Notes under the pieces: generated by a model | What the model was told of the DNA's origin: nothing | The model's input: the letters and a program-made list of their open reading frames with translations, nothing else | The model's database searches: none | In this document: positions 9,501-19,082 of the stretch, in pieces | Position numbering within the stretch: the stretch's first letter is position 1 | Layout: each line of letters begins with the position of its first letter | Assembly: GCA_963678375.2 (NCBI GenBank) | Contig: OY782831.1 | Span: forward strand, 1,087,030 to 1,151,029 | Reading direction: 5' to 3' | DNA length: 64,000 nucleotides | DNA from: Candidatus Cloacimonadales bacterium | GTDB taxonomy: Bacteria; Cloacimonadota; Cloacimonadia; Cloacimonadales; JAFGVF01 | Translations under genes and position numbers: made by a program

Positions 9501-9797
9501 TCCATCGAAATTGCCATTAAAGGCTACTGATGAGTAAGTTCCTCCAATTGGATCCCACCCCAAAGAACTATTCCAAGGAGAAATATTAAGATCGATATCA
9601 GCTGTTTGAATAAAATGTTTATCAGAATGGGCTGTGCCAGTATAATTGTGAAGATTGTTTAATTGATTTGCATTTGCTATTTGCCATGGATCTGAATCAG
9701 TTCCGCTACCTCCGGCGAACTCTTGGGCTACAAGTGGACTTAATGCTAATCCGCAAGTTAAGATTATTAGCATACTCAGTCGAAAAGTTTGGTACAT
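6507..9797 (-). CDS. Large secreted GLUG-motif repeat protein (three ~331-aa modules plus a C-terminal Fn3-like domain)
   Basis: The start is moved to ATG 9797 (GGAGGA 5 nt upstream; signal peptide MYQTFRLSMLIILTCGLALSPLVAQE). There are many 'VGGLVGY/VGGLLG' GLUG motifs. The tail reads 'VRIEWDAVPGVTTYKV'. Confidence 0.75.
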   Translation of the reverse strand: MYQTFRLSMLIILTCGLALSPLVAQEFAGGSGTDSDPWQIANANQLNNLHNYTGTAHSDKHFIQTADIDLNISPWNSSLGWDPIGGTYSSVAFNGNFDGAGFTISNLYINQPETDYIGLFASISYANIKNVRLVDFNITGQNKVGALTGYSTNSSIFNCHSDGEMSSQERTGLLIGSTYNSQLTLSSARGSLEGTDYVGGLVGYNLGSSVYYSYSNGAITGNNEVGGMIGYITEGKLVDSYSHSTVTGIEKVGGLVGYLSGSNAVISRSFATGIVVGETEVGGLLGSNNSGSVYYSYWDTQSSGESNSVAGTGLTTNQMHEQGTYRNYNFDQVWAFAEANTYPIFQDLTIYTPLSQVSLSELTGNGTEAFPYQIYTASHLDAIRQDYYAHYELMNDIDITSSVIWNNGQGFESIGAGSSNHFFRGSFNGNDFTITGLVINKPVEDYQGLFAYVSGAEIKNLRLEDFNVHGRNNVGGLIGTSASSSSIYNCHTSGEVLGQNYLGDMAGQVNYSSILYCSSNSNVVGENYIGALVGSINQTSLYYSHSNGDIIGYENVGGLTGHVYNGQVVDCFSHVNVNGYNEVGGLVGYLFGNGSVISRSFSTGIVEGDNEVGGLLGGNSNGNVYYSYWDIQTSGQDSSIAGTGLSTSQMQNHATYSNFNFNQVWDFTGFNTYPEIQDLTVYTSMEQVSLSELTGNGTEAFPYQITAACQLDAMRQDYYGHYELMNDIDMSSSVIWKQGLGFTPIGRYNSSHYFRGSFNGNGFTISGLVVNNPNSDYQALFGYGYDALIENVNITDANVNGKNQVATLVAYATSGTGINSSNITGVISGQNNSGLLAGQISGSTVSLCSAQGNLLGNHYVGGLVGRATTSSTISECHTNVIIKGSNYVGGLLGYLNAGYVYDSFSHSQTTGIEEVGGLIGNVYSSNSRVYRCYSTGLVTGSNNTGGMIGSGTTADDMYLYNYFNGETSGQLGSVGSYARTTAQMTYPYVNTYYVYDFNSTWMADESYYYNSGYPYLREHIELPEQDIYPIISQLNANTVRIEWDAVPGVTTYKVLKADTPLANDDPGWLELGVTSNLQYDTQANDTKAFFRVIIND
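6747..9725 (-). repeat. Intragenic tandem triplication, period about 993 bp (boundaries approximate)
   Basis: The near-identical segment encoding QVSLSELTGNGTEAFPYQI recurs at about 7683-7739 and 8676-8732. The flanking sequence is colinear (DYY.HYELMNDID..SSVIW, FRGSFNGN.FTI.GL). The first unit is more diverged. Confidence 0.7.
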
Positions 9798-9976
9798 TAT
9801 ATCCTCCAGATATATATTTAAGTTTTGAAAATTCCTAACTAAATATCTAGTTTTAATACTATTCATGAGTTTCAGGACTATGTTAATTTATACTTCTCTT
9901 CATTTTTCTATCTATGAACAATGAATATAGTTCATTTCTTTAGGATTAAAGATACTTTGTCAAGAATAAATCCAAA

Positions 9977-11533
9977 TCATCCCCAAAAAGACTTTTCTAA
10001 ACTTCTATATTGAATAGATTCTGAGATATGCTGAGCCTTAATATTCTCACTACCATCCAAATCAGCTACTGTACGAGCAACTTTTAGTATTCTATCATAA
10101 ACTCTTGCTGAATATCCTCTCTTTTCTATAGTTAATTTTAGCAATTGATTACTATCTTCATCTAATTGGCAATAAATTCTGGTATGCTTAGGATTCATCT
10201 GGGCATTGCAAAAAATAGAGTCATTTTTAAACCTCTCTAATTGAACCTGTCTTGCCTTATTAACTCTGGTTCGAATATCCTTAGAATATTCTCCGTCAGG
10301 TATTCCTCCTAGATCTTTATATGGCACAGCTGGTACTTCTATATGAAGGTCAATTCTATCAAGAAGTGGGCCTGAGACTCTAGATCTATATCGTTGTATC
10401 ATATTCCCAGTACATGTACATTCATGGCCTGGAATATTACAGTTAAAGTAACCACAAGGACAAGGATTCATGGAAGTTACTAAAATAAATTTAGCAGGGA
10501 AATTAAGGCTTTGACTTGCTCTAGATACTGTAACAATACCATCTTCAAGAGGTTGCCTCAGTACCTCTAAAACAGATTTCTTAAATTCTGGGAGCTCATC
10601 TAAGAAGAGTACTCCATTATGAGAAAGTGAGACTTCTCCAGGTTTTGGATATGTTCCCCCACCAATTAAAGCTACATCGCTTGTCGTATGATGTGGTGAT
10701 CTATATGGTCGATTAACAACGATGCCATTTCTTTTATTTGTAGGAACTCCTGCTACTGAATGTATCTTAGTAGTCTCTAAGGCCTCATCAAGAGATAAAT
10801 CTGGAAGTATGGTAGCAAACCTCTTGGCTAACATTGTTTTTCCTGAACCTGGAGGACCAACCATTAAAATATTGTGTCCACCTGCAGCTGAAACTTCTAA
10901 GGCTCGTTTCACATGATATTGCCCTTTAACATCATGCATATCTATTTCAGATTCATTTAGAGAAGAAAAAATCTTCTTTAAATCTAAGACAAAAGGCTTT
11001 ATTTGAATTTTTCCTTCAAGGAAAGATATCGCTTCAACAAGTGAATGAACAGGAATCACATCTAAATCTTGGACAATTGCAGCCTCACTTGCATTTTCAA
11101 AAGGTAGAATAATTCCTTTTAGATCATCTTTTTTTGCTGCTAAAGCTATAGGTAAAGTTCCTTTTATGGGTTTGACGGTTCCATCTAGAGATAATTCTCC
11201 CATGATTGCATAATCTAAAGCATCAGGAACTCTAATTGTTTTGTAAGAAATAAGTAGAGCGATGGCAATTGATAAGTCTAAAGTTGAACCATCTTTTTTA
11301 AGATCAGCAGGAGCTAAGTTGATTATTTTTGTTCCCGCTTTGTTTTGATAGCCTGAGTTTGCTATAGCTGAACTGACTCGTTCTTTACTTTCTTTAACAC
11401 TATTTGAGGGCATTCCTACCATAATTGTAGGTCCTGATAATTTACCGTAGTGATCTACTTCTACTTCAATTTTATGAGCATCAATTCCCAGAGTTGTGTA
11501 GGAAATAGTTTTCCCTAACATAATAACCTCCAT
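9977..11533 (-). CDS. comM: YifB/ComM family Mg-chelatase-like AAA+ ATPase
   Basis: N-terminal Lon-protease-like domain. Walker A 'GPPGSGKT', 'LFLDELPEF', Cys cluster 'CPCGY', C-terminal ChlI-type helical domain. Confidence 0.85.
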   Translation of the reverse strand: MEVIMLGKTISYTTLGIDAHKIEVEVDHYGKLSGPTIMVGMPSNSVKESKERVSSAIANSGYQNKAGTKIINLAPADLKKDGSTLDLSIAIALLISYKTIRVPDALDYAIMGELSLDGTVKPIKGTLPIALAAKKDDLKGIILPFENASEAAIVQDLDVIPVHSLVEAISFLEGKIQIKPFVLDLKKIFSSLNESEIDMHDVKGQYHVKRALEVSAAGGHNILMVGPPGSGKTMLAKRFATILPDLSLDEALETTKIHSVAGVPTNKRNGIVVNRPYRSPHHTTSDVALIGGGTYPKPGEVSLSHNGVLFLDELPEFKKSVLEVLRQPLEDGIVTVSRASQSLNFPAKFILVTSMNPCPCGYFNCNIPGHECTCTGNMIQRYRSRVSGPLLDRIDLHIEVPAVPYKDLGGIPDGEYSKDIRTRVNKARQVQLERFKNDSIFCNAQMNPKHTRIYCQLDEDSNQLLKLTIEKRGYSARVYDRILKVARTVADLDGSENIKAQHISESIQYRSLEKSFWG

Positions 11534-11971
11534 TTAAGTTATATTTTCAAGATATTATAAATACTAAAGGTTGTCAATATAAAACTTTTAAATTTATATA
11601 AAATAGGCTTAATGGCAACATCTTAAATAAGCTATTAACCCACTTGAATTTAATAGGATTGAAGCCTGGAATATAAGAGAATATTAGGGGGATTATAGGC
11701 CTGTTCTCAAAAATCTCCTATCCTAATCGATGTAAAAAGGCTTAAATAGGTTAGCAAAATTTTCTATAATTTATCATGGAATAAATAAAAAGTAAAAATA
11801 ACAACTCTAATATGATGAATAGGAGAAAGAAAATAACCATTATACTTATTTTTCTGTAATGTTCTGAGCTTCTTAAATCAAGAAGTTTTTAGTATTTAGA
11901 TTTTTTTCTTGCCATAATTGATAGTTTAATTTTTTTGTCATAGTTGAGATAATAAAAAAAAAGAGGACTAT

Positions 11972-12532
11972 ATGGCTTCAACTTCTGACATCCGTAATGG
12001 AATGATTATAGAATGGAAAAATGGAATTTATGAATTTGTTGAATTCCTGCATGTTAAACCTGGTAAAGGGGCAGCATTTGTTAGATCTAAACTTAGAAAT
12101 GTTAGAACTGGACAAGTAGTTGAAAATACCTTTAGAACCAGTGAAACTTTCAATGAGATTAGAATTGAAAAGAGTAAAAAAGAATATTTATACAGAGATG
12201 GTGATTTCTATGTTCTTATGGATTTAGAAAACTATGAAATGATGAATGTTCATGCTGATGTGATGGAAAAATATGCAAAATTCTTGAAAGAGAATATGCA
12301 AATTACAATAAAAACAACACCTGAAAATGAAATAATCGACTTAGAATTACCTGTTTATGTTATTCAAGAAATTGCTGAGTGTGAGCCAAACATTAAAGGT
12401 AATACTGCTTCAGGTTCTGGAAAAGTAGCTACAACTGAAACTGGTTTAAGAATCATGGTTCCTTTCTTTGTTGAACAAGGAGAGAAAATTAAGATTGATA
12501 CTAGAACTGGTGAGTATATAGAAAGAGCTTAA
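11972..12532 (+). CDS. efp: Elongation factor P
   Basis: The 'HVKPGKGAAFVRSKLRNVRTG' loop with the conserved Lys. 186 aa. Confidence 0.9.
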   Translation: MASTSDIRNGMIIEWKNGIYEFVEFLHVKPGKGAAFVRSKLRNVRTGQVVENTFRTSETFNEIRIEKSKKEYLYRDGDFYVLMDLENYEMMNVHADVMEKYAKFLKENMQITIKTTPENEIIDLELPVYVIQEIAECEPNIKGNTASGSGKVATTETGLRIMVPFFVEQGEKIKIDTRTGEYIERA

Positions 12533-12566
12533 TAAAATAATAATAAGATATCCTTAGGAGGAATAA

Positions 12567-12779
12567 ATGGCAAAAGGAAAAGCATTTGCAGCAAAACTTG
12601 CTCACGAACTTTCAACTGAAGGTAAAGTGATGTGTCCTGTTTGTAACACAGAAGTAAAAAAAGTAAAATTAGTTAGAGCCAGAAACAGCAAAGGTAACAC
12701 CTGGGCACCAAAATATCAATTCGTTAGTATGTGTAAATGTAACGAAAAAGATATCATGGCTGGAAAAGTTAACGCTTAA
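12567..12779 (+). CDS. Small zinc-ribbon-like protein, function unknown
   Basis: AGGAGG lies 6 nt upstream of the ATG. 70 aa with CPVC...CKC. Followed by a strong terminator, so probably co-transcribed with efp. Confidence 0.5.
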   Translation: MAKGKAFAAKLAHELSTEGKVMCPVCNTEVKKVKLVRARNSKGNTWAPKYQFVSMCKCNEKDIMAGKVNA

Positions 12780-12797
12780 TTTGAATTGATTTATACA

Positions 12798-12834
12798 ATC
12801 CCTGTGCCACAAAACTAGTACAGGGATTTTTTTT
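12798..12834 (+). terminator. Rho-independent terminator
   Basis: ATCCCTGT (12798-12805) pairs with ACAGGGAT (12820-12827), followed by a T8 run. Confidence 0.8.
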
Positions 12835-12862
12835 AAAATCCTGTTTTTAGAAGGAGATTTTA

Positions 12863-14146
12863 ATGAAAAATACAATCCCAGTAGAAGTAACTTCTGAAGT
12901 AGGCAAACTAGATGGTGTGATTTTACACAGACCTGGTAGGGAAGTAGAGAACATGACTCCTGGCAACGCTGAAAAAGCTTTGTACAGTGATATTTTAAAT
13001 CTAAATGTTGCAGCAAAAGAATATGCTGACTTTTATGATGTTCTTTCTATGATTACTAAGACTTACGAAGTCAGAGACCTACTTACAGACGTACTTATAA
13101 ATGAAAAAGTTAAACACAATCTTATTCATAAAATTTGTCAGAATGAAAATGAACCTAGAATCTTCAATTCCCTGATGTCACTCTCACCTAAAGAGACAAC
13201 TAGACAACTATTTGAAGGTGTTATTCTCAAAAAAAACAACTTAACTAATTTCCTTAGTCAAGAAAAATATATACTTAGACCATTACACAATTTCTTCTTC
13301 ATGAGAGATGCTTCAATGTCTATTGGTAATGAAGTTCTAATTGGAAAGATGGCCAATCAAGTTAGGGAGAGAGAATCAATTATTATGGAAACTATCTTTG
13401 ATTATCATCCTGATTTCAAAACTAGAACTTTCAATCCTGTAAACTCTAAGAAAGTATCCCCTAACAAAATAACTATCGAAGGGGGAGATGTCTTAGTAGC
13501 TAATGAAAACACTATCTTGATTGGAATGGGTGGTAGATCAACTTCAGAGGGAATTGATTATTTAATAGAACATTATAAAAATAGTGGAAAAGACTTTAAC
13601 ATTATTGTTCAAGAATTACCTTTAGCACCTGAATCATTTATCCACTTAGATATGGTATTTACTTTCTTAAACTATAATCAGTGTATGGTCTATGAACCAG
13701 TTATCCTTAAGAATAACAGACTTGAAACAGTATCAATTCACATAAGAAATGGTCAAGTTAAGATAGCTTATGAAGATAACCTTATCAAGGCTTTAAAAAA
13801 TATTGGGCATGAAGTTGAGCCTCTCTTCTGTGGTGGAAGAACAGATGTCTGGACTCAAGAAAGAGAGCAATGGCATAGTGGAACAAACTTCTTTGCTGTT
13901 GGACCTGGCAAAGTACTTGGCTACGGTAGAAATACTCATACAATGGACGAGCTTGCTAAAAATGGATTCGCTGTTCTTCCTGCAAGAGATATTGTTGCCA
14001 AGAAGACTGATATAAGTAAATATGATAAGTATTGCATAGCTATTGAGGGATCAGAATTAGCTCGTGGTGGTGGTGGATGCCGTTGTATGACAATGCCATT
14101 CAAGCGACAAGCTATCAATGTAAAAACTACCGAAGAAGCTAAATAA
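12863..14146 (+). CDS. arcA: Arginine deiminase family protein
   Basis: N-terminal 'SEVGKLDGVILHRPGREVENMTP' and C-terminal 'ELARGGGGCRCMTMP' (catalytic Cys region) match the arginine deiminase pattern. Confidence 0.7.
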   Translation: MKNTIPVEVTSEVGKLDGVILHRPGREVENMTPGNAEKALYSDILNLNVAAKEYADFYDVLSMITKTYEVRDLLTDVLINEKVKHNLIHKICQNENEPRIFNSLMSLSPKETTRQLFEGVILKKNNLTNFLSQEKYILRPLHNFFFMRDASMSIGNEVLIGKMANQVRERESIIMETIFDYHPDFKTRTFNPVNSKKVSPNKITIEGGDVLVANENTILIGMGGRSTSEGIDYLIEHYKNSGKDFNIIVQELPLAPESFIHLDMVFTFLNYNQCMVYEPVILKNNRLETVSIHIRNGQVKIAYEDNLIKALKNIGHEVEPLFCGGRTDVWTQEREQWHSGTNFFAVGPGKVLGYGRNTHTMDELAKNGFAVLPARDIVAKKTDISKYDKYCIAIEGSELARGGGGCRCMTMPFKRQAINVKTTEEAK

Positions 14147-14155
14147 CTTGTACTT

Positions 14156-16114
14156 ATGGAAAAAATGGAAATAGTCGAGTATTTTGAAGGAAATGAGTCT
14201 CACTTTGCTAAAAAGTTAGAAGATAGAGATAATCGATATCTTATTGAAAAAGCATCTAAACAAAAGTTAAAGTTAAGTACTAATAGGGTTCTATTCAATC
14301 ATATTGTAATTTCAGATAATGATCTATCTGATATAATTGATGACTTAACTAAGGCTATTGAGACAAAAAAAGCAAACTTCTCAATTATTGAACTGTGGGA
14401 ACTTGCTCAGGAAGATATTCGAGAATATACTGTAGCAGAACTTGCTTCTTTCTTTGTTGATAATCCAGATTCAGTTATTCAATCTGCCCTATTTCATTCC
14501 ATAAGAGAAGAGAAAAATCACTTCAAACGTAAAGGTATTTTAGTTATTCCTAGAACAGCTGATCAGATTGAAGAGATTCTTATTCAAGAAAAGAAAGAGA
14601 AGGAAAAAGAAGAGATTTATTCTTTCTTCTCTGATAATATTGGGTTAGCTATGAGAAATGACTCTCTGGCTAACCCAGAAATTTTTGCTCACTTACAAAC
14701 CTGGTTAAGAGATGCTTCTAATGATGTTTTAACATCGGTTATTGAGAAGTATGCAAATGGACAAGATAGCCGTTATTTTATCTATAATATATTGAAAGCT
14801 AATAAAATTATTCCTGAAGATGCTGATAAATTTGCCATCATTTACGGCATTTCAAACCAATTCTCAGACCAGTCATTGCATGAAGCTCATAGTTTAGAAA
14901 TTGATATCAGCAATAGGGAAGACCTATCCCACTTAACTACCTATACTATTGATAGTGAGGAGACTAAAGAGATTGATGATGCAATTTCTTTCGATAGATT
15001 TGGAGATAATTATTTAGTAGGTGTCCATATAACTGATTTAGCCTCTTATGTTAGTAAAGATTCTGCTTTAGATAAGGAAGCTAGTGAAAGGATATCCACA
15101 GTATATCTGGAAACAGGTGAAATCCCTATGTTTCCTGCTCAAATATGCCATGATAAACTGTCTTTATTGAAAGGAGAACAACGCCCCACAGTAAGTGCTC
15201 TCTTTACTTTTTCACCAACATTTGAACTTCTAGAAAAAAGAATTACCCTTGCTAAACTAGCTGTTAAAAACAAGATATCTTACCAAGAGGTAGATAAGCT
15301 AATCAGAAAGTCTAAAGTGAATAATGATAATGATTTTATTATTCTCAAAAGCTTAACTAACCAGCTTAGAAGTAAAAGGTTTGAAGCAGGAGCTATCGAA
15401 ATTAATAGACCTGAAATTGAAATTAGAGTTATTGATAATGAGATAAAACTTAGAGCTACAAATCAAAGGTCTATTTCTAGAAGAATAGTCTCTGAAATGA
15501 TGATTCTGATGAATTCAACTATTGCAGAATTCGCGGCAAAGAATGATATTCCATTCATTTATCGAATCCAAGAAATGCCTAATGAAGATTATAAACATTA
15601 TCTTCAACCAAACTATTATGATCCAATTATGAATGATAAACTCATCAGAATGATTAGGCCTTCTAATTTCTCATCACAACCTAGCAAACATTACGGACTA
15701 GGTGTTGACTTCTACTCACAGGTTACTTCGCCTTTAAGGAGGTATTTTGACCTTCTTATCCAAAGGCAAATAGTTACATTCCTAAAGAATGAAAAACCTC
15801 TATATAACATAGAAGAGCTACTAAGCTATATCACAAGCATTGAAGCTACCAATAAGCTCTATTCCCAGCTATATAATTCTTCATTTAGCTATTGGTTTCT
15901 CAAGTATCTTGAGCAAAATTTGCAATACCAACCTTTACCAGCAGTTGTTGTTTCTGATAACCAAAATTCTTATACTTTCGAACTGCTTGAATTTGGTAAA
16001 AGATATAACTTGAGAACTAAAGAAAGGCTTGATATAGGAGATACAGTGAATTTAATTATTGATAGAGTTCAACCTGAAAAGGATATTATTAAGTTCTCTT
16101 TGATAAATGACTAA
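14156..16114 (+). CDS. RNB-domain exoribonuclease (RNase II/R family)
   Basis: 'TIDSEETKEIDDAISF' and 'HYGLGVDFYSQVTSPLRRYFDLLIQRQ' are RNB catalytic motifs. Confidence 0.8.
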   Translation: MEKMEIVEYFEGNESHFAKKLEDRDNRYLIEKASKQKLKLSTNRVLFNHIVISDNDLSDIIDDLTKAIETKKANFSIIELWELAQEDIREYTVAELASFFVDNPDSVIQSALFHSIREEKNHFKRKGILVIPRTADQIEEILIQEKKEKEKEEIYSFFSDNIGLAMRNDSLANPEIFAHLQTWLRDASNDVLTSVIEKYANGQDSRYFIYNILKANKIIPEDADKFAIIYGISNQFSDQSLHEAHSLEIDISNREDLSHLTTYTIDSEETKEIDDAISFDRFGDNYLVGVHITDLASYVSKDSALDKEASERISTVYLETGEIPMFPAQICHDKLSLLKGEQRPTVSALFTFSPTFELLEKRITLAKLAVKNKISYQEVDKLIRKSKVNNDNDFIILKSLTNQLRSKRFEAGAIEINRPEIEIRVIDNEIKLRATNQRSISRRIVSEMMILMNSTIAEFAAKNDIPFIYRIQEMPNEDYKHYLQPNYYDPIMNDKLIRMIRPSNFSSQPSKHYGLGVDFYSQVTSPLRRYFDLLIQRQIVTFLKNEKPLYNIEELLSYITSIEATNKLYSQLYNSSFSYWFLKYLEQNLQYQPLPAVVVSDNQNSYTFELLEFGKRYNLRTKERLDIGDTVNLIIDRVQPEKDIIKFSLIND

Positions 16115-16171
16115 TATGTAGCTAAAATTTACTATTGACAGTTTCATATTCAAATCAATTAATTCTCTAAT

Positions 16172-17392
16172 ATGAAAAAAATTGAGTTAGAGAAAATTAT
16201 TCAGCTGATTGCTAACGAAATACTTGCTTCAGAATTTGAAAACAATACCTATCTGGTTGGAGGATATGTACGCGATCTATTGCTTAAAAATGAACTCAAT
16301 GATCTTGATTTCGTTGTTAATCTCCCACAAGGAGGAGTAAAACTAGCCAATTATTTATACAAGAAAAGATTATGCTCTCGTCCTATTATCTATAAAAGAT
16401 TCGGTACAGCAATGGTCCAAATCTCTGGTCATAAAGTAGAATTTGTTATGACTAGGTCCGAATCTTATCAAGCTAAAAATAGGCATCCAGAAGTTGAGTT
16501 CGCCAGCCTACAAGCTGATGCCTTCCGACGTGACTTCACTATCAATTCTCTCTATTATAACATCTCTACACAAGAAATCATTGATGTTACGGAAAAAGGA
16601 TTTAATGACTTAAAAAATAAGCTAATTAGATCTACATCTAATCCAGATTTGATATTTCAAGAAGACCCTTTAAGAATATTAAGAGCTATTCGCTTTGCAG
16701 GCAGACTTAATTTTTCTATTGAAAAAACTACTTTGCAAGGTATCATTAAGTGGAAAAACCATCTCCAATATATCAGTATTGAACGGGTTAAAGATGAATT
16801 TATTGCTATGATTCTCAGGCAAGGCTTCGACAAAGCAATTAAGCTCTGCTATCAAACAGATCTGATGCCTTATATCTTACCACCTTTACAAGAGAAGAAA
16901 CAGGAAACCATAAAAGCTATAGCTAAAATTGATAATTATGAGCCAGACCTCCTCATAAGACTAGCCCTCATAGCCCTAGCTTGTGATAATTCTAAAAGTA
17001 TGGAAAAGGCTTTAATAAAACTTACCATAAATATCAAATTAGTAAAAAAAGCTATTAGAATCAGTGTATGTGTTAAAGCTCTCTTAAATTACTCGCAAAT
17101 CCCTTCTCTCAATTATTTTGTTTATAATAACCTAGAGGACCTCTCTTATGCTCTAAAAATTCTTGAAGTTTCTTTCCCAAATTTTACTTTTCAGCAAATT
17201 ATCAGAGAAAAGATAAGCCTGTTCAAAAGTTCATCATATCCTTTAAATGGTATTTATATCATTAAAAGACTAGGCCTCAAAAGCAATATTGAAAAGAATT
17301 ATTTCATCAAGGAAGCCAAGAGAATTTGGATAGAGAATCCCCACTTGACTAAGCAAGAAATAATTGAAATATTGAAAGGTATTAAAACATAA
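16172..17392 (+). CDS. tRNA nucleotidyltransferase (CCA-adding enzyme)/poly(A) polymerase family
   Basis: 'YLVGGYVRDLLL...DLDFVV' nucleotidyltransferase head, then 'RRDFTINSL' and 'EDPLRILRAIRFA'. Confidence 0.8.
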   Translation: MKKIELEKIIQLIANEILASEFENNTYLVGGYVRDLLLKNELNDLDFVVNLPQGGVKLANYLYKKRLCSRPIIYKRFGTAMVQISGHKVEFVMTRSESYQAKNRHPEVEFASLQADAFRRDFTINSLYYNISTQEIIDVTEKGFNDLKNKLIRSTSNPDLIFQEDPLRILRAIRFAGRLNFSIEKTTLQGIIKWKNHLQYISIERVKDEFIAMILRQGFDKAIKLCYQTDLMPYILPPLQEKKQETIKAIAKIDNYEPDLLIRLALIALACDNSKSMEKALIKLTINIKLVKKAIRISVCVKALLNYSQIPSLNYFVYNNLEDLSYALKILEVSFPNFTFQQIIREKISLFKSSSYPLNGIYIIKRLGLKSNIEKNYFIKEAKRIWIENPHLTKQEIIEILKGIKT

Positions 17393-17410
17393 GCAATTGC
17401 TGATATACAT

Positions 17411-17447
17411 AAAAAACCCCAATATTCACGGTAATTAGAATATTGGG
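17411..17447 (-). terminator. Bidirectional rho-independent terminator between the CCA-enzyme gene and glnA
   Basis: CCCAATATTC (17418-17427) pairs with GAATATTGGG (17438-17447). There is an A6 run on the plus strand (T6 on the minus strand, after the stem for glnA). Confidence 0.75.
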
Positions 17448-17470
17448 ATTAATTTTGATTTATTAGTTTT

Positions 17471-18907
17471 TTATACGTTATAATATAAAGCCATTTCCAT
17501 CGGATGAGGTCTATTATTAACTTCAGCAACTTCTTTACGTTTTAAAGCGATAAAAGATTCAATAAGTTCTTTATTAAAAACATCGCCAGCAAGCAAATAG
17601 TCATGATCAGCTTCTAAAGCATCTAAAGCACCTGAGAGATTCTCAGGAATAGATTCAATAGTAGCCTTTCTTTCTTCAGACCAGTTAAATACATTATCAT
17701 CATGTGGACCAAAGTTATGCCCAGTTCCGTCTAATTTTCTATTGATACCGTCTAAGCCAGCAAGTAAAAGAGCTGACATTGCTAAGTAAGGATTACAAGT
17801 TGCATCACCGGTACGGTATTCAAATCTTTTAGTTTCTTCAGTTGTTGCATACTTAGGGATTCTTATAGCAGCAGATCTATTAGCTAAACCGAAGAAGAGT
17901 TTTGTAGGTGCTTCAAAACCAGGTAATAATCTCTTGTAAGAGTTAGTTGATGGGTTAGTAAAAGCAGCTAAGGAACGTCCATGGGTTAAGATACCTCTCA
18001 TAAACCAAATAGCTTCATCTGATAAGTCAGCATATCCACCTTTTTTCCAGAAGATATTTTTCCCATTCTTCTTCAACATCATATGGAAGTGCATACCATT
18101 ACCAGCTTCGTTATAGATTGGCTTAGGCATGAAGGTAGCAGTGAAACCGTTTTCTAAAGAAACTCTTCTAATAATATCTTTAATTACTTTAGTATCGTCA
18201 CATGCCTTAGGGAAAGCTAAGAGTTCAGTTTCAATCTCTTGTTGAGAAGAGAGCCCAACCTCATGGTGATTATATCTAACATCTATATTTAAGCTTTCGA
18301 TAATTTCACACATCTGTAAACGAAGTCCATAGAATCTATCGTGTGGGTTATCCATATGATAACCTTTTGTATGTGACTGAGCTAAACCATTATAGTCCAC
18401 ACAGTCTTTAGGGAAACATTGTTTATCTTCTGAAGAAGAAATCTCACATGATACATTAAAGTTAGTATTTGAATATTTTACATCATCAAAAATGTGAAAT
18501 TCAAATTCAGGAATCCAATAAGAAGTATCAGCTATACCTGTTGATTCTAAATACTTTTGGGCTCTAAGAGCTACACTTCTAGGGTCTTTTTTAACACCAA
18601 TTCTACTTTCTGCATCACATATTGAACACAAAATTCTTAGAACTTTCCCATCGAATTCATAATCAGAAATTGGGTCAATATGAGCTGAAGTTAAATCTGG
18701 CATTAAAACCATATCACCAGATTCTACTGCTTTCATTCCTGGAATACTTGAACCATCAAAAGGAACACCTAACTCTATAACATTTTCTAATCTGGCTGCT
18801 GGAAATGAGATGTGATACCATCTGCCATCAAGACCTGCATACTTCAAATCAACGGCTTTTATTTCTTTTGCATCAATCATCTCTTGAATTTTCTTTAATT
18901 CCATCAA
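17471..18907 (-). CDS. glnA: Glutamine synthetase, type I
   Basis: 478 aa with 'MPKPIYNEAGNGMHFHM', 'NPSTNSYKRL' and 'NRSAAIRIP' motifs. Confidence 0.9.
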   Translation of the reverse strand: MMELKKIQEMIDAKEIKAVDLKYAGLDGRWYHISFPAARLENVIELGVPFDGSSIPGMKAVESGDMVLMPDLTSAHIDPISDYEFDGKVLRILCSICDAESRIGVKKDPRSVALRAQKYLESTGIADTSYWIPEFEFHIFDDVKYSNTNFNVSCEISSSEDKQCFPKDCVDYNGLAQSHTKGYHMDNPHDRFYGLRLQMCEIIESLNIDVRYNHHEVGLSSQQEIETELLAFPKACDDTKVIKDIIRRVSLENGFTATFMPKPIYNEAGNGMHFHMMLKKNGKNIFWKKGGYADLSDEAIWFMRGILTHGRSLAAFTNPSTNSYKRLLPGFEAPTKLFFGLANRSAAIRIPKYATTEETKRFEYRTGDATCNPYLAMSALLLAGLDGINRKLDGTGHNFGPHDDNVFNWSEERKATIESIPENLSGALDALEADHDYLLAGDVFNKELIESFIALKRKEVAEVNNRPHPMEMALYYNV

Positions 18908-19082
18908 TTTCTCCTCGGAAATACCAAAGATACTTCCTTTCTATTTTTATTTTTTTATAATTATTGTTTTGATGTGTATTGTGAGAACTATCAGTTAAAT
19001 AATCAAGCCTTCTGCTTGAAGTGGATGTGAACATCCGCGTTCTCCAGTTACTTCATCTTTTAGTTTATAGCAAAAATATTCC

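Noticed and set aside
11812-11890. A 15-aa ORF (MMNRRKKITIILIFL) followed by the CTTCTT-AAATC-AAGAAG hairpin and a T-run, in the comM/efp divergent region
   Set aside because: It is too short and lacks a clear SD. The hairpin could belong to promoter-region structure. I noted it only.
19003-19036. Two adjacent hairpins (TCAAGC-CTTCT-GCTTGA and GGATGT-GA-ACATCC) in the glnA leader. The minus-strand RNA contains GUUCAC...GAAGG, reminiscent of the glutamine (glnA RNA) riboswitch.
   Set aside because: The resemblance is only two short strings. As far as I know, that riboswitch class is confined to cyanobacteria and marine metagenomic sequences. The hairpins sit right after the M50 protease gene stop, so they are more simply its terminator region. 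An Infernal scan with RF01739 would settle it.
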